Assembly (NCBI GenBank): GCA_030265395.1
Contig: JARFYF010000007.1
Span: forward strand, 47,884,346-47,948,345
DNA length: 64,000 bases
Origin: Rhina ancylostomus
Lineage: Eukaryota
Direction of reading: 5' to 3'
This document shows positions 51,551 to 64,000 of this stretch, one piece after another. The notes beneath the pieces were generated by a model. It worked only from the letters and a program-made list of their open reading frames with translations. It ran no database searches and was not told the origin of the DNA. The position numbers were made by a program, and so were the translations under genes. Position 1 is the first letter of the stretch. Each line of letters begins with the position of its first letter.

Positions 51551-54049
51551 TTTTTTTAAAGTTTTTACAAGGTTGAGGAGTGGATGTATAGAATTAACAT
51601 TCTGCAGTACCACATATTGGAAACCCTCCCTCCATTGGTTGTAGCTAGAGGATGGGTGGAGCTTGTTAGCAGATCACTGGTGCCCAATATATTGGTGCAA
51701 TGAAATGCCAATTCTAGTTAAAGGCATTCCTTTAATAATGTTCACGTCATGGTCTGATGACTGGATCAGGTGCCATCTTCTCACATCTGTCATGAGCTAC
51801 CAGTCTTTGCCTTTCCTGTTCCTCATTGCTCACTGTCCATTACATCTGAGCACCATCTCTCTTCCCCAGCCCTCTTTCTCCATCCTCCAACCTTGATTCC
51901 TTAAGTTTCCTTCTTCATCCTGGCCTTAGTTTTCATTTTTCCTCGAATCCTGTGGGCCTGTGAATCCCAGCTCCTGTGCTCCCTGTGACTCCTAAGGTTT
52001 CTGAGTTACCAGGCTCCTGTTTGTTGCCACCCTCCCCGCACCCCCCCCACCCCCATGCACAGGACAGACAGAACCACCTCTTGGACAGGAGACACGACGT
52101 GACCAGCTAGGCGGGAAGTGAGTGAAGCTCAGTGCAACTGAAGGGTGGGAGTCCATATCCTTGGTGTTTATTGTAAGGTGAAAAACAGCAAAAAATCCCC
52201 CTAAATCAATGTGATCCAAAAATATAATCGAAGTGATATGAGGCCTACTCTTTCTCTCCTGATGCCACGTGATGAGATCTTGATTCTGCCAAGCTGCTCC
52301 TTTGGTGCCTTGAACTTCCCCATGGTCTGTGCTTTCAGTTGTAAACAGACTTGGAACACTTGTCAGCAGATGTCTTTTCTTTTGCAGGTGTTATTTTGTA
52401 CAGGTTTCATAATAATTTGCATTTAATTTCTGAATGCAGTTAATGATATAAATTGGAAATAATGACGGTCCTGAATTCTGGGGTACTGGACTTGTTACTT
52501 TCCTGTACTCAAATTAATTTTCTAGCCAATGCTCCAGTTATGATAAGTGGTTAATCTGAAATGTCACCTTTGTTTCTTTCCCCAAAGAGGATGCCTGACG
52601 TGTTTGGTATTTATAAATGGAATATACCATTTTATACCATTCAGTCATTATTTTAACCATCAGCTGCTCTCCTGACTTTTCACAGCATTGAGCTGAAAAT
52701 GGAACTGTCCACATGAAACCTTATCTACAGCCTTTTGGAAGTCTAAGTGTAATACATGAGGATTTGCTGGATTCAATTCTATCCATTAAGTGGGAATCCA
52801 CTGGTGATAACTCAGCATCAAAAATGGTTGCCTAATTGTCTGAGAACTAGCTAAAATATATTATGATAATAGTTTTCAAGAGATTAAAACATGGGATCAA
52901 ACAAAAAAAAACAAAATGATAAACGGAGCAGCAATTAAAATTAGGCTGTGGGCTGAAAATTCAACATGCTACAATTATTTTTGGGAGCTGTACCTTTTTA
53001 CAAGGCTCACCCGTTCTGTTCTTAAAAAGTCCTCAAGTATTACAAAACTTGTCAGTATCAATTACAGAACAGCATTGTTGGGCATTCTCATATATAAGGT
53101 CATCANNNNNNNNNNCAGGAACAGCTGCCATCTCTGGTTATAATTCTTGCTGCTGCCATTTCTGAGATACGCAGCTGAGAGCTGGTGCTCAAAGGCATAA
53201 AAACACAGCATAGCTTCCATTTACTGGAAATGCTTTTCACTTTACCACAGTTGCACCAGTTATTCCTGAGGGCACAAAGCATGCTCCTTGATTTACGACA
53301 GAAACCTTAAGAGGTTGTTCGTTCACTATTATTGGCTTCACTTGGGCAAACTGGATGCACAAAAATCTCATACCAAAATGAACACACATTGTTAACTGGT
53401 GGCATTAAGAAACCAGAAACAAGCATAAAATTGCATAATGCTAGGTTAAAGTAATTTTCAACTTTGCTACATTTTTTTGTGTTGTTGCATGTTTGAATTT
53501 CCAGGTCAATGAGTGAAAATGAATTTATATTATATTCTACATAATATTTGTGTCCAGAATCCAGTGAATGGCATTTAAAATAATTATTAAGGAAGTGCTG
53601 GCAATATCTACTCACAATATAATACCAAATTACCACAACAATCCCTATTATTGTAAATATAAAGTATGACAGCTTGTATGGACTTTTCCAAAGTATCTAA
53701 TATGATAAACAGGTTTCAGTCATTGGAAACCTATTAAATCTTTGAGAAGATTCAAAAGTCTGGCTCCTTTTTTATGTAAGTGAGGTGTATAATGCACCAT
53801 GTATACGTAGGAGGGCTGTGAACTTAGTTAATTCAACTTTGCTGNNNNNNNNNNNNNNNNNNNNNNNNNNNNNNNNNNNNNNNNNNNNNNNNNNNNNNNN
53901 NNNNNNNNNNNNNNNNNNNNNNNNNNNNNNNNNNNNNNNNNNNNNNNNNNNNNNNNTAGTCTTTCCAATGGATGAGCTGAAGGTGTACCTGTACATCAGT
54001 AAATGAACAGCCAACCTATGTAGATTCTGAAACAAAATAGTCCATCTTA

Positions 54050-54333
54050 TCATTCTAGGGTATTTAAAAGATTATTGAATAGTACCCTAGAACGACAAGA
54101 TGGACTCTTGACCTCTATCTCGCTGTGGCCTTGTACCTTATTGTTTGCCTGTACTGCACTTTCTCTGTAACTGTAACATTTTATTCTGCATTCTGTTACT
54201 GTTTTTCCTTGTACTACCTTAATGCACTGTTTAATGAAATGATCTGTATGGATGGCACTCAAAACAAAGTTATTCACTTTGTTGGTACATTCAAAGTTGA
54301 TACATTCAAAGTTGGTACATGTGTGTAATAATA
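54050..54333 (+). mobile_element. Rex1/Babar 3'UTR copy
   Basis: aagatggactcttgacctc..gccttgtaccttattgtttgcctgtactgcactttctctgtaac matches 63660-63870. Contains an internal 14-bp tandem duplication tacattcaaagttg. Confidence 0.85.
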
Positions 54334-54399
54334 GAAAAAATTACCAATTTAGAATGTCTGTTCTGCATGAAAGTTTTAAGCAAGTTAAATCATTGCAAT

Positions 54400-54850
54400 C
54401 TGGAGAAAAAGGTGGGGCTTTACATAAACTATATCTTTCACATCTCTTTCAGGCTATCACAAAAGTTTTAGAAACATAAGGTACCTCGAAGTGTAGTCAG
54501 AGTGATATGACAGCCAATTTACAATCAGGCAAGTCAAAACTGCAATGTTATATTGACTAGATAATCTGTTATTTGAGGGGTTGGTACAGGGATAAGTATT
54601 GATTAATAGGACACTGGAGGTAACTCTTTATTTTGTCTTCTAATTAGTACAAGAAGGAATCTCTTATGTCCACCTGCAAGAACTGACAGGGTCTTGGTTT
54701 AGCATCTGAAAGTTTGCTGCACATAGAAAGAGCAGCACTCCCTCAGTACTACACTGGATTGTCAACATACATTCTATGCTTGAGTCTCTGGAGTAAGAGT
54801 TGAAGCAACAACTCTTCTTACTCGCAGGTGACAGTGCTACCAACTGAGCA
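54400..54850 (-). mobile_element. Ancient Deu-domain-type SINE
   Basis: gcagcactccctcagtactacactggattgtcaac..gagtctctggagtaagagttgaagc..gtgctaccaactgagc. Confidence 0.7.
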
Positions 54851-55589
54851 ATGGGGAAACAGCCAAAAATTAGGAAATTCCTGTGGGAGAAGAGGTAATT
54901 TTCCAGTTACTATTACTGGTGGGGAATCTCACCAGTAGTCGTATATATCAGAACTAAAGGTTAGAAAAACATGTGCAAGCGCATCTCCTCATTTTCAATT
55001 TTCACAGGCAGCAGGTGAGGCTCAACAGGGAGTACAAAGAGTTACCCCATGAAGTCAGATTGGCAGAGGTGTTGATTAGACAATAGAGGAGTCAGTGTTG
55101 GATACTAGCTGCTTCTAATATACATTAACAACTTGGAAGCAAAACCAGAGTGTATACTTGTAGATGTAAAGAGCAATGGAGGCAGAGAATGCAGCCGAAG
55201 ATTTACAGAAAGAAACAGACCAGATACTTCATTTGACAAATGTGAAATGAAAATGGATATTACAAATGTAAAGCATTACACATTGGTAAAAAAAACGTCC
55301 TTTGTAATGATTGAAGGGCTTGAGGTGAATTAACAGCGGTAGACAGAACAGACTGAGGCTGATAACTAAGCGTGGCTGGAACATTCATTTGTATCTACCT
55401 ACTACATTTATTGTAGTGATAGAGGCACCAGGTGACCAAAAACATGGTCTGACAGGTAGGTTTGCAGGAGTGCCTTAAAGCAATAGAGAGAGCTGGAAAG
55501 ATTTATATGGCTACTGAGCTTATGTTCAGAGATATGAAACCTCAGCCATCAATAGTACCAGCCAGTAAAAATATGGTGAATCAAAGAAT

Positions 55590-57200
55590 CAAACCAACTT
55601 ACAAGAGGAATTCATTTGCCTCTATGTCCATGCCAGACAACCACTGAGCTCTTTAGGTTGCTCCCATTTCCCAGCTTCTGGTCTGTAGTCTTGTATATTC
55701 AACAACTTCAAGTGCTCATCCCAGTTCATTTGAAGTGTGACGAGTGCTTCTGCCTCTGGTAGTTTACAGGCAGGAGGTTCAAGACCCCTCAATAAACATT
55801 AGGTGAAAAATCTTTTGCTCAACACTCTTCTAATCTTTTTACCATTAACACAATTTCTTGTCAATGAGTCTTGTCATATTGGCTCGTTTGCAAAGGGGAA
55901 TAGGTCCTTCTTGCTCATCTCGTATGGCCCTGTCTTAATTTCATTGTTATATCTCCCTTTATTCTTTGTTCCAAAGAACACAATCTCAACCTTGTCACTC
56001 AATGCTATTCTTCTCCAACCCTGTCATCAACCCCATAAATCTCTGCCCTTGCCGTCTATGCTTTAATATCCTTCCTGCAGTGTGGTGGCCAGAATTGGAC
56101 ACAGGACTTTTGCAGTGGTAAAATGGTGCTAAAATACAATGCTAAAATACAATTTTAGCATGATCTCCTTTTCATGCTTTCTTAAACATCTTACCCACCT
56201 GTTCTGCTTCCTTCAATGGACATGCATTCCAAGATCCCTCTGTTCCTCTGCATTTCCTATAATCCGACTTATTTTGTTAGGTATTCACCTGCCTTGCTTA
56301 TCATCCTCATAAAAATTATCTTGCACTTCTCTGGAATGAAACCACTGCACTGGTCCCTCCCCCCAACCTGGAATTTTTTTCCTCACTTTATCAGTCATAC
56401 TACAGTTTTGGTAACATTGGCTAATTTCTTATCACAGCTGCTACAGTTAAATCCAAATTACTAATTTGAACTACGAAAAGCAGAACACCTACTAATGGGA
56501 GAAAGCACAAGGAAATTGTCTACTATTGGGAACAAAAATGCACCCAACGGTTGACTGTTTCCCTGTGCTTTCTCCCACTGAGCTAATTTTTAAATTTAAC
56601 TTTTCACTTAGCCTGGATCCAATGGGCTCTTACTTTCTTGATTAAAATGACTAATCAGACATTACAAAATGGAGACACAAGAGATTGCAGATGCTAAAAT
56701 CCATGTAAATTATGCCAAATATGATACCCTGATTTGCCTTCTCAAAAAACTAAATTGTTAGTCAAACATGATCTTTCCTTAACAAATCAGTGCTGATTTC
56801 TTTGATTAACCCATGCATCTCAAAATGCTGCTTTATGCCCCAATAGTCAGTGCTTGTACTAATTCCTTCCATGTTACATTTTATCCGTGACCAGTAGTTT
56901 AGCCCTTTAATATGCCCATCTCTATGTTTATAATTTCCAGTACTTCATGTTCTTCCTCCTTAATATCAATGTCTACATCATCCCCCTTTAGCATGAAGAG
57001 AAATGCAACATTTTTCAATTAGAAGTCTGCACATCTATCACCACACTTAGGCTACCATTCTGTTCTCCAATTGAACCCATTCTTCAAGTTTCCTTAGTTT
57101 TTAAAATCGAACATTTCAAGGTATTCCTTAATCTTACTGACTTTATTTTTATATATCCACTTTGCCTTCCTAATTTTCTTTTTAATTTCAAACGTCTATC
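55590..57200 (-). mobile_element. Old CR1 fragments
   Basis: Antisense CR1 remnants (tccttcctgcagtgtggtggccagaattggacacag; gtcaaacatgatctttccttaacaaatcagtgctga = QHxFVKERSCLT). Confidence 0.65.
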
Positions 57201-57239
57201 TTTACATTCCTCCAGGCTTTCTGCAGTGTAGGTGATTGC

Positions 57240-58500
57240 CTAACAGGCTTGAGGTCTGGGTGACTAATGAAGTTTAGAGTTGGAAGAGATCACAGTGATT
57301 GGGAGCAACAAAGCCATTGAGGGAAGATAACTTTAAAATCAATGATATTGATTGACCAGGAGTCAGNNNNNNTCAGCAAGCACTGAGTGGAAGAGTTGTA
57401 TGGGATTTGGTGAGAGCAAACTTGAAAACTGCAGAGATTTTCATGAGCTCAAGTCAATATGGAGTGGAAGATGGTAGGCTGGCCAGCAGAATCTTAGAAC
57501 AGTAGACATCAGATGTAACTAAATAAAGAATGTGTGTTTATAGCAGTGAACATCCTTATGCAAAAGATGACAGGCACTAATATAGAGGTTGCACTAGTAG
57601 GTTCTGATGGAAGGTCATTAAATGTTAAATAATTTTCTCCCTGTACAGATGCAGACTGATCTCCTGAGTACTTTTCGTACTCTCTGTTATTTAAGATTTC
57701 TGGCACCTGCAGTATTTTGCTTTTCAAAGTGAGCAAACAGTGTGATGGGAGGATATAGGCCCTGAAGTTAAGGGTCAAATAGATTATAAACCAACTGGTT
57801 CAAATTGAAGTACAGGCCAGGGAGCTGGAATTGAGGGAATGGAGTTTAAAGTGGGAGACTCCCAATCTTTAACTGAAAAAATGAATAAGCAGTTAGATGA
57901 CACAGCAGTAAGGAGGAATTGAGACTGGTGATGGTAAAGTAGACATGGTTGCCATCAGTGTACATGCAAAACATGCTATTTTATTTTCTGCAGATTTTTC
58001 AAAATAGATGAGAAATTGGAGGATTGCAAGGACGGAGGTAAAAATGTTGGATGGGCAGTGAAGTCTTTGCTGTGTTTTTTTTGGGCTCTGGCTTGATAGG
58101 TGAAAGTGGAAACAGGTGATGCTGACCTACAGCTGGACAAAGATTGACAAAGCTTGGGCTGGATAGTGCACTCTGATCACTGTCAAAGAGAACACCAATT
58201 TTGCAACTGATTTGTGCCAATTCAGTGCAAAAGCAGGAATTGGGCCTGATTGGTGGATCAAAAGCAAGCTGTGGGAAAGATAGGAAGAGATCTGAAAAAC
58301 CGCAATGCTTTCATGGACTTCAGGGGAAAGAAATAGTGGTGATAGGATAGTAATTTGCAAGGACAAAGGAGCTATGAACTTTTTTTTAGGGGACTCAGCA
58401 AATTTAAAGGGAGACTGCTTGAGGAGGGAATGGTTTACAATTAGTATGGAAACTATTATAGAAAGTCTATGAGCTCCTTGCTCCTGTTGTTGGAGGAAAG
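57240..58500 (-). mobile_element. Old L2-type LINE fragments with a nested Penelope pseudo-LTR (~57600-57725, +)
   Basis: ggttgccatcagtgtacatg (antisense, decayed HMYADD); ctgatcactgtcaaagagaacacc; nested ggttctgatggaaggtcatt..acagatgcagactgatctcctgagt. Confidence 0.55.
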
Positions 58501-59799
58501 GATGGAGGGGGTGGGGGGAGTGGTTAAGGAGACATTTAGCTGCAGAATGTTGGAATATGCAGCCAGAACAATGGAATGCACATTTCCAGATGATGCACTG
58601 AGGTTTTACGTTGCAGTGTTCAAACCCACTTATCGCGTTCAATTGTATTCAGCAAGGGATAAAAGCACACAAGGTACAACAAAGAAAAATACAGTTGACC
58701 AAGAGCATTAAGGTAAATACCTGTATGAAAAGATCAGAAACAGCCAAATTCTACAAAGCTGTTGGGTTGACAACTTTCCTACATTATACAAATTGTATGC
58801 AATGGGCAAAATAAATCCAAAAATATTACTTCAAACCAAGCCAGGCCTATCCTCAGAAGACATAAATTTAAATGAGAAAATAGTACATTTAAAACAGATG
58901 TTAGAAAGAATTCCTTACTCAAAATATGATGAATGTTTGGAGTAATGTGCCAAACAAGGTAGTGAAGTCAAACCATTAAGGAAATTTAAAATGCAGTTGA
59001 ATGCCAAAGTAAGCTTTGATCGGCTGAACGGCCTTTCTTTCCTGTAATTCATTCAGAACGATCATTGAATTGGTCAATGCGTGAAATGGAATGGGTAAAA
59101 AATAGTATGGATTTGGGCCAAGATATAAAAGAAGGCAATATTACTTTGTACTTGTAAACCCTGACCCTGATGATGATGCTACAAATAGATGTCAAGGAAA
59201 GAAAATACTCTGTTCCCCATTGAAAACCCTTAGAAGGTAACACAAAGAGAAAAGAATCATCAATGCAGCAAATGACGTACTGATCTGGATAAACCTCAGA
59301 ATGCTCTAAATTGCTACTACATTATTGCAGTCACTTCATTATTGATATGGGATATAAACTTGCCTTAATAGCTTGCATACATAAACATATATTTGAAGAA
59401 AAAAAGCATAAAAGAATACCATGTGAAAGTTCACTAATATAAAAGCAGTGAGAGTAAAAATGTTGATAATTGTGGCAATCTCAGTGAGAGCAAATTGTAA
59501 GCTGTGTGGTGAAAGTCAAGGTAAAAACAAGTAGTATTTAATCAGTGCAACCAACCCACTCCTGCATCCTACGTGTAACCCCACAATCTATTCAATCTAA
59601 ACTACTTCCAAAGCTCTGTGCTTCCTCACATCTGCAGCACTCAAGTGGTTCTTGGAAATTAAATCAACTACACACTCAATGTTTCTTAATTCAGCTTGTC
59701 GCCATCTTCTCTGGTCCAATACAAAATACACAAGAACAAATTCATTTATTTTTTGAGAAAAATAATCACAGATAAATTACTAATAAAAATTTAAAAGGA

Positions 59800-60540
59800 A
59801 AAACTGAGATGAAAATGCTGGAGTTACTCAATAGGTCAGGCAGGGACTCTGGAGAAGGAAACAGAGCTAATTTTTTTTTGAACTGGAAAAGTGAGTAAAC
59901 AAGCATGGTTGTCNNNNNNNNNNNNNNNNNNNNNNNNNNNNNNNNNNNNNNNNNNNTTTATAATAGAATGCAGATCAAAATAGGGGAGTGCTTATTGATG
60001 GAGGTGTAAAAGAGAATTAGGGAGGATGTGTCTGGCAATGACATCATGCTGAAGGTGATGTAAGTAATCAGAAGATGATCTGTTTTCTCCTTAACTGTGG
60101 CTTCCCCTCAACCATGGTTGATGGGGCTCTCAATCACATCTCCGTTCTCAGAATTCCTGCACTCACTCCCTCTCCTCCGACCTATAGCAGGGATATGGAT
60201 CCCCTTGCTCCTGTCTTCCACCCCATCAGCTTCCACATTCAACAGATCATCCTCCACAACATCCACCCTTTTCCATGACATGTTACCACCAAATAATCTC
60301 TCCTGCCTCCCACCAGCATTCTCAAAGGACTGTCCCCTCTCCGGCTCCCTGGTTCTTTCTTCTATCTTCACCCACAACCACTCCCCTTCTCACACTTTAT
60401 CCTGCAACCGCTGTTCTGACAATGAGGTCAGGAATCTGTAACATGACCTCAACTTTTCTTTCCCTATATTTGCTATCTGATCTGAACATTTCCAACCTTC
60501 CCTTTTAATTCAGATTACCAGCAATTTCTGCATCCTGCAC
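59800..60540 (+). mobile_element. Penelope fragments (inverted pseudo-LTR, gap, RT/EN linker region, pseudo-LTR)
   Basis: ORF 60075-60278 FLLNCGFPSTMVDGALNHIS..ALTPSPP..PLAPVFHPISFHIQQIILHN matches the PLE text FxxRGFPxxxVxxALxRIS..PLVLTFHPTSLxIQxIILxNF. Confidence 0.75.
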
Positions 60541-60559
60541 CTCAAAGTCTTTGACCAAT

Positions 60560-63500
60560 ATCACCAAAAGATACCTGACCGAACATCCAACCTGTGGGAG
60601 TGCCCGATGCCGAGGCCCGATGCTAAGGCCGGTCCGGATTGAAAGCCTGAACCTATGGAGCACTCGGGGCCGAGTCCCGACGCCAAGGCTCCTCTGGATG
60701 TCCCCACTTACCTGATGGTGGCATCCACTCCTCTTCAGGACCTTCAAACCTGTATGGGAAGCCAGCTGAATACATTCCAAGTCTTTCAGGTCTGTCCTTA
60801 AGCAGTCACTTACCTTCCAGTTCACGTGGCTCCACTCCAGGACTTACCTCAAAAGTGTGGCAAGATGGCTGGGCTGCGGGTGAGACTGAGACAGCGTGGG
60901 TTCAAGATCCTTCCCCCCAGCATACCACTGGTTAATGTTCAGGCCACCAAGAACAAAGTTGCTGAACTAAGAGCAAGACTGACCTATCAAAAAGAACTGA
61001 GGGACTGCTGTGCGCTATGTCTCACTGAAACGTGGCTTACACCTCCTTCACCTGACTGCGCCATATGACCTGAGGGCTTCTAAATTCACTGGATGGATTG
61101 TACGCTGTCCTCAGGCAAAGTTAAAGGCAGAGAGGTTTGCTTCCTAACCTACCCCTTATGGTGCTCGGACGTGACAGTCCTGGCGAGTTCCTGCTCACCC
61201 ATCTTGGAATATCTAATGGTGAAGTGTCGCCAGTATTATCTGCCACAGGAGTTCACTTCAGCTATCCTGACAGCAGTCTACACCCCACCGCAGGTGGACG
61301 TGAAGCCTGCACTCAATCAACTATACCCCATGATCAACAGCCTGGAAACAGGATACCCTAAAACCCTCTCATCACAGGCAGTGACTTCAACCAGGGCAAC
61401 TTCAAGAGTGCGTTACCAACATACTGCCAGCATGTNNNNNNNNNNNNNNNNNNNNNNNNNNNNNNNNNNNNNNNNNNNNNNNNNNNNNNNNNNNNNNNNN
61501 NNNNNNNNNNNNNNNNNNNNNNNNNNNNNNNNNNNTAGCACTGAAATGGGATACCCTGAGGTTCTCTTCATTGCTGGTGACTTCAACCAGGCCAACTTCA
61601 AGAATGTTACCAAAATATAACCAGCACATCTCTTGTCCCACCATGAGCCCAAACACCCTTGATCATTGCTACACAACTATCAAAGGTGCCTGCCGAGCTA
61701 CTCCCTGCCCACACTTTGGTAAGTCGGACTACCAGGCTGTGCTCCTTCTCCCTGCATACAAGCAGAAACTGAAACAGGAAGATCCAATACAGAAAGTTGT
61801 ATAGTGCTGGTCTGAGGAAATAGATCACCTTCGACACAACTGCTCTGAGTTGGTAGACCAAATCCATGTTCAAAGTCTCAGCAGCCAGCCTGGATGAGTA
61901 TGTCACCACTGTCACAGACTTTATCAGCAAGTGTGTTGAGGAGTTGTACCAAAGAGGACAATACTGGTTTTCCCAAACCAGAAACCATGGATAAGTAGAG
62001 TCTACGACTGCAGCATTCAAGTTGGGTGACCCTGACCGATACAAGAAATTGAGATATGACCTCTGTAAAGCTGCCAGGAATACCAAGAGACAATACCAGT
62101 CCAAAATAAGAGTTCCAGACCAGCCATCAGTTATGGCAGGGCCTGCGTATTATAGCAGGCTACAAAATGAAGTTCAGCGGCATTGCTGATGAGTATAACA
62201 CATTCTATGCAGGTCTTGAACAGAAGGGGATTGGAATGTTCCCACCCGCATCGACGGCCTCCAGTGCACCTGAACCCACAGGCACCATTGTGGATGCAAG
62301 ATCCGTCTTGCAGAGAGTGAACCCGAGGAAAGCATCTGGCCCAGATGGTATCCTTTGCTGTGTCCTTAGATCCAGTGCGGATCAGCTGATGGGAGTATTT
62401 GAAGACATATTTAACGTCTCCCTGCTTCAATCTGAGGTTCCTGCCTGCTTTAAGAAGACCATTTTTATCCCATTATCCAAGGAAAAGCAAGGTAACGTGC
62501 CTTAATGACTACTGTTTGTTGGCTCTGACATCCACCATCATGAAGTGCTTTGAGAGGCTGGTCATGGCACGCATTAACTCCATCCTCCCAGACAACCTCG
62601 ACCCACTGCAATTTGCCTACCGCCAAAACAGGTCTAAGGTGGATGTCATCTCCCTGGCCCTGCATTTGTCTCTGGAGCATCCAGACAGTAAGGACACCTA
62701 TGTTAAACTGTTGTTTATTGACTACAGCTCTGCCTTCAATACTATAATTCAAGCAATCTCATCTCCAAACTCCAAGACCTGGGGCTCAACATCTCCCTAG
62801 ATCCTTGACTCAAAGGGATCCTTGACTTCCTGACCAACAGACTGCAATCAGTAAGGACAGGCAGCAACACCTCCACTNNNNNNNNNNNNNNNNNNNNNNN
62901 NNNNNNNNNNNNNNNNNNNNNNNNNNNNNNNNNNNNNNNNNNNNNNCACAAGACTCTGTCCCTACTCTAACTCCTATACACTCACAACTGTGTGGCCAGA
63001 TTCTGCTGTAACTCCGTCTACAGGTTTGCAAATGATACCACCGTTGTGGACCGTATCTCAAATAATGATGAGTCGGAAGGAGATAGTGAGCTTAGTGGAA
63101 TGGTGTCATGACAATAACCTTTCCTTCAATATCAGTAAAACAAAAGAGCTGGTCATTGATTTCAGGAAGGGGGTTAAGAGCTTCAAATTCCTAGGAGTGA
63201 ACATCACCAATAGCCCGTCCTGATCCAACCACATAATCAGGGCCAAAAAAGCTTACCAGTGCCTCTACTTCCTCAGAAGGCTTAAGAAATTTGGCATGTC
63301 CCCTTTGACACTCACCAATTTATATCAATGCACCATAGAAAGCATCCTATCTGGATGCATCACAGCTTGGTATGGCAACTGCTCTGCCCGTGACCACAAG
63401 AAACTGCAGAGTTGTGGACACAGCTCAGCACATCACAGAAATCAGCCTCCCTTCCAAGGACTCTATCTACACTTCTTGCTGCCTCAGCAAAGCAGCCAAC

Positions 63501-63878
63501 ATAATATGACCCCACCCACCCTGGACATACTCTCTTCTCACCTCTCCCATCAGGCAGAAGATACAAAAGCTGGAAAGCATGTACCACGTACCACCAGGTT
63601 CAATGACAGCTTCTATCCCGCTGTTATAAGACTATTATAAGATGGTCTCCTAGCAGGATAAGATGGACGCTTAACCTCACAATCTACCTCGTTATGGCCT
63701 TGCACCTATTGCCTACCTACACTGCACTTTCTCTGTAACACTTTATTCTGCATTCTTTGTTATTGTTTTAGCCTGTACTACCTCAATGCACTGTTTTAAT
63801 GAATTGATCTGTATGGACGGTATGTAAGACAAGTCTTTCACTGTACCTTGGCACATGTGACAATAATAAACCAAGTTC
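60560..63878 (+). mobile_element. Near full-length but inactivated Rex1/Babar LINE (AP endonuclease + RT + 3'UTR)
   Basis: EN motifs LVNVQ..NK, CLTETW, AVYTPP, IAGDFN, TLDHCY, GKSD. RT motifs KASGPDGI, CLNDY..ALTSTIMKCFERLV, LDPLQFAYR, LLFIDYSSAFNTI, YRFANDT. Many stops and frameshifts. 3' end gtgacaataataaaccaa. Confidence 0.93.
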
Positions 63879-64000
63879 AATTATTTGGTCTAATAGGTAT
63901 TGTTTGTAGGAGCTTTCTATGCAAAAACTGGCTATTGAATTTCCCTCTGCTACTGTGTGAATTTTTTTTTGTGGCACTTAGGACTTTCAGATAATCTGGG

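Larger units (their letters stand above)
10332..64000 (-). other. MAML2: MAML2 intron 2 (partial; exon 2 lies beyond the right edge)
   Basis: No long Gln-rich ORF for the large exon 2 is present between 10332 and 64000, and the region is dominated by repeat fossils. MAML2 introns 1-2 are very large in vertebrates. Confidence 0.75.

Noticed and set aside
7831-56152. Small tandem duplications (atgtctcctttatat x2 at ~7831-7864; tacattcaaagttg x2 at ~54286-54314; tgctaaaatacaa x2 at ~56127-56152)
   Set aside because: Two-copy slippage duplications inside dead repeats; not arrays.
10659-58280. RBPJ/CSL-like GTGGGAA sites (e.g. ~10659, 28322, 41181, 43908, 58272) suggesting Notch autoregulation
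   Set aside because: They are isolated 7-mers at about chance frequency in 64 kb, several lie inside repeats, and no paired-site architecture was seen.
1540-62951. Long ORFs in the track made mostly of X (e.g. 1540-2070, 32566-33507, 32639-33520, 41341-41752)
   Set aside because: They are artefacts of translating N gaps.
60826-63640. Cluster of EN/RT ORFs as a possible functional or domesticated gene
   Set aside because: Numerous stops and frameshifts and a mutated catalytic motif (FAND instead of FADD) mark it as a dead Rex1/Babar LINE.
1-64000. CRISPR array, prokaryotic operon or viral insertion
   Set aside because: No regularly spaced repeats, no gene-dense tracts and no long intact ORFs; the sequence is vertebrate intron.

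Overview
Vertebrate nuclear DNA from a draft assembly with many N gaps. The repeat content (CR1, Rex1/Babar, Penelope, RTE, V-SINE, Deu-type SINE) points to a cartilaginous fish, probably a ray. The whole window appears to lie inside one minus-strand gene, mastermind-like 2 (MAML2, a Notch co-activator). Two coding exons are visible with canonical splice sites: 10128-10331 (204 nt, exon 3) and 5364-5475 (112 nt, exon 4). Everything else is intron: more than 53 kb of intron 2 to the right and part of intron 4 to the left. Almost all ORFs in the supplied track are spurious or transposon debris. The notable signals are in the repeat layer. (1) Many Penelope pseudo-LTRs carry minimal hammerhead-ribozyme cores; one has a complete catalytic core at ~45908-45945 in the MAML2 pre-mRNA sense. 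(2) That copy sits in a LINE-tail/Penelope chimera bounded by a perfect 15-bp direct repeat. (3) An internally deleted CR1 at the left edge fuses the ORF1 N-terminus in frame to the RT domain. (4) There are very old fossils of CACTA/EnSpm, Harbinger and Ty3/Gypsy elements. All family assignments come from manual motif recognition, not database searches, and repeat boundaries are approximate. I found no evidence of a new protein-coding system.
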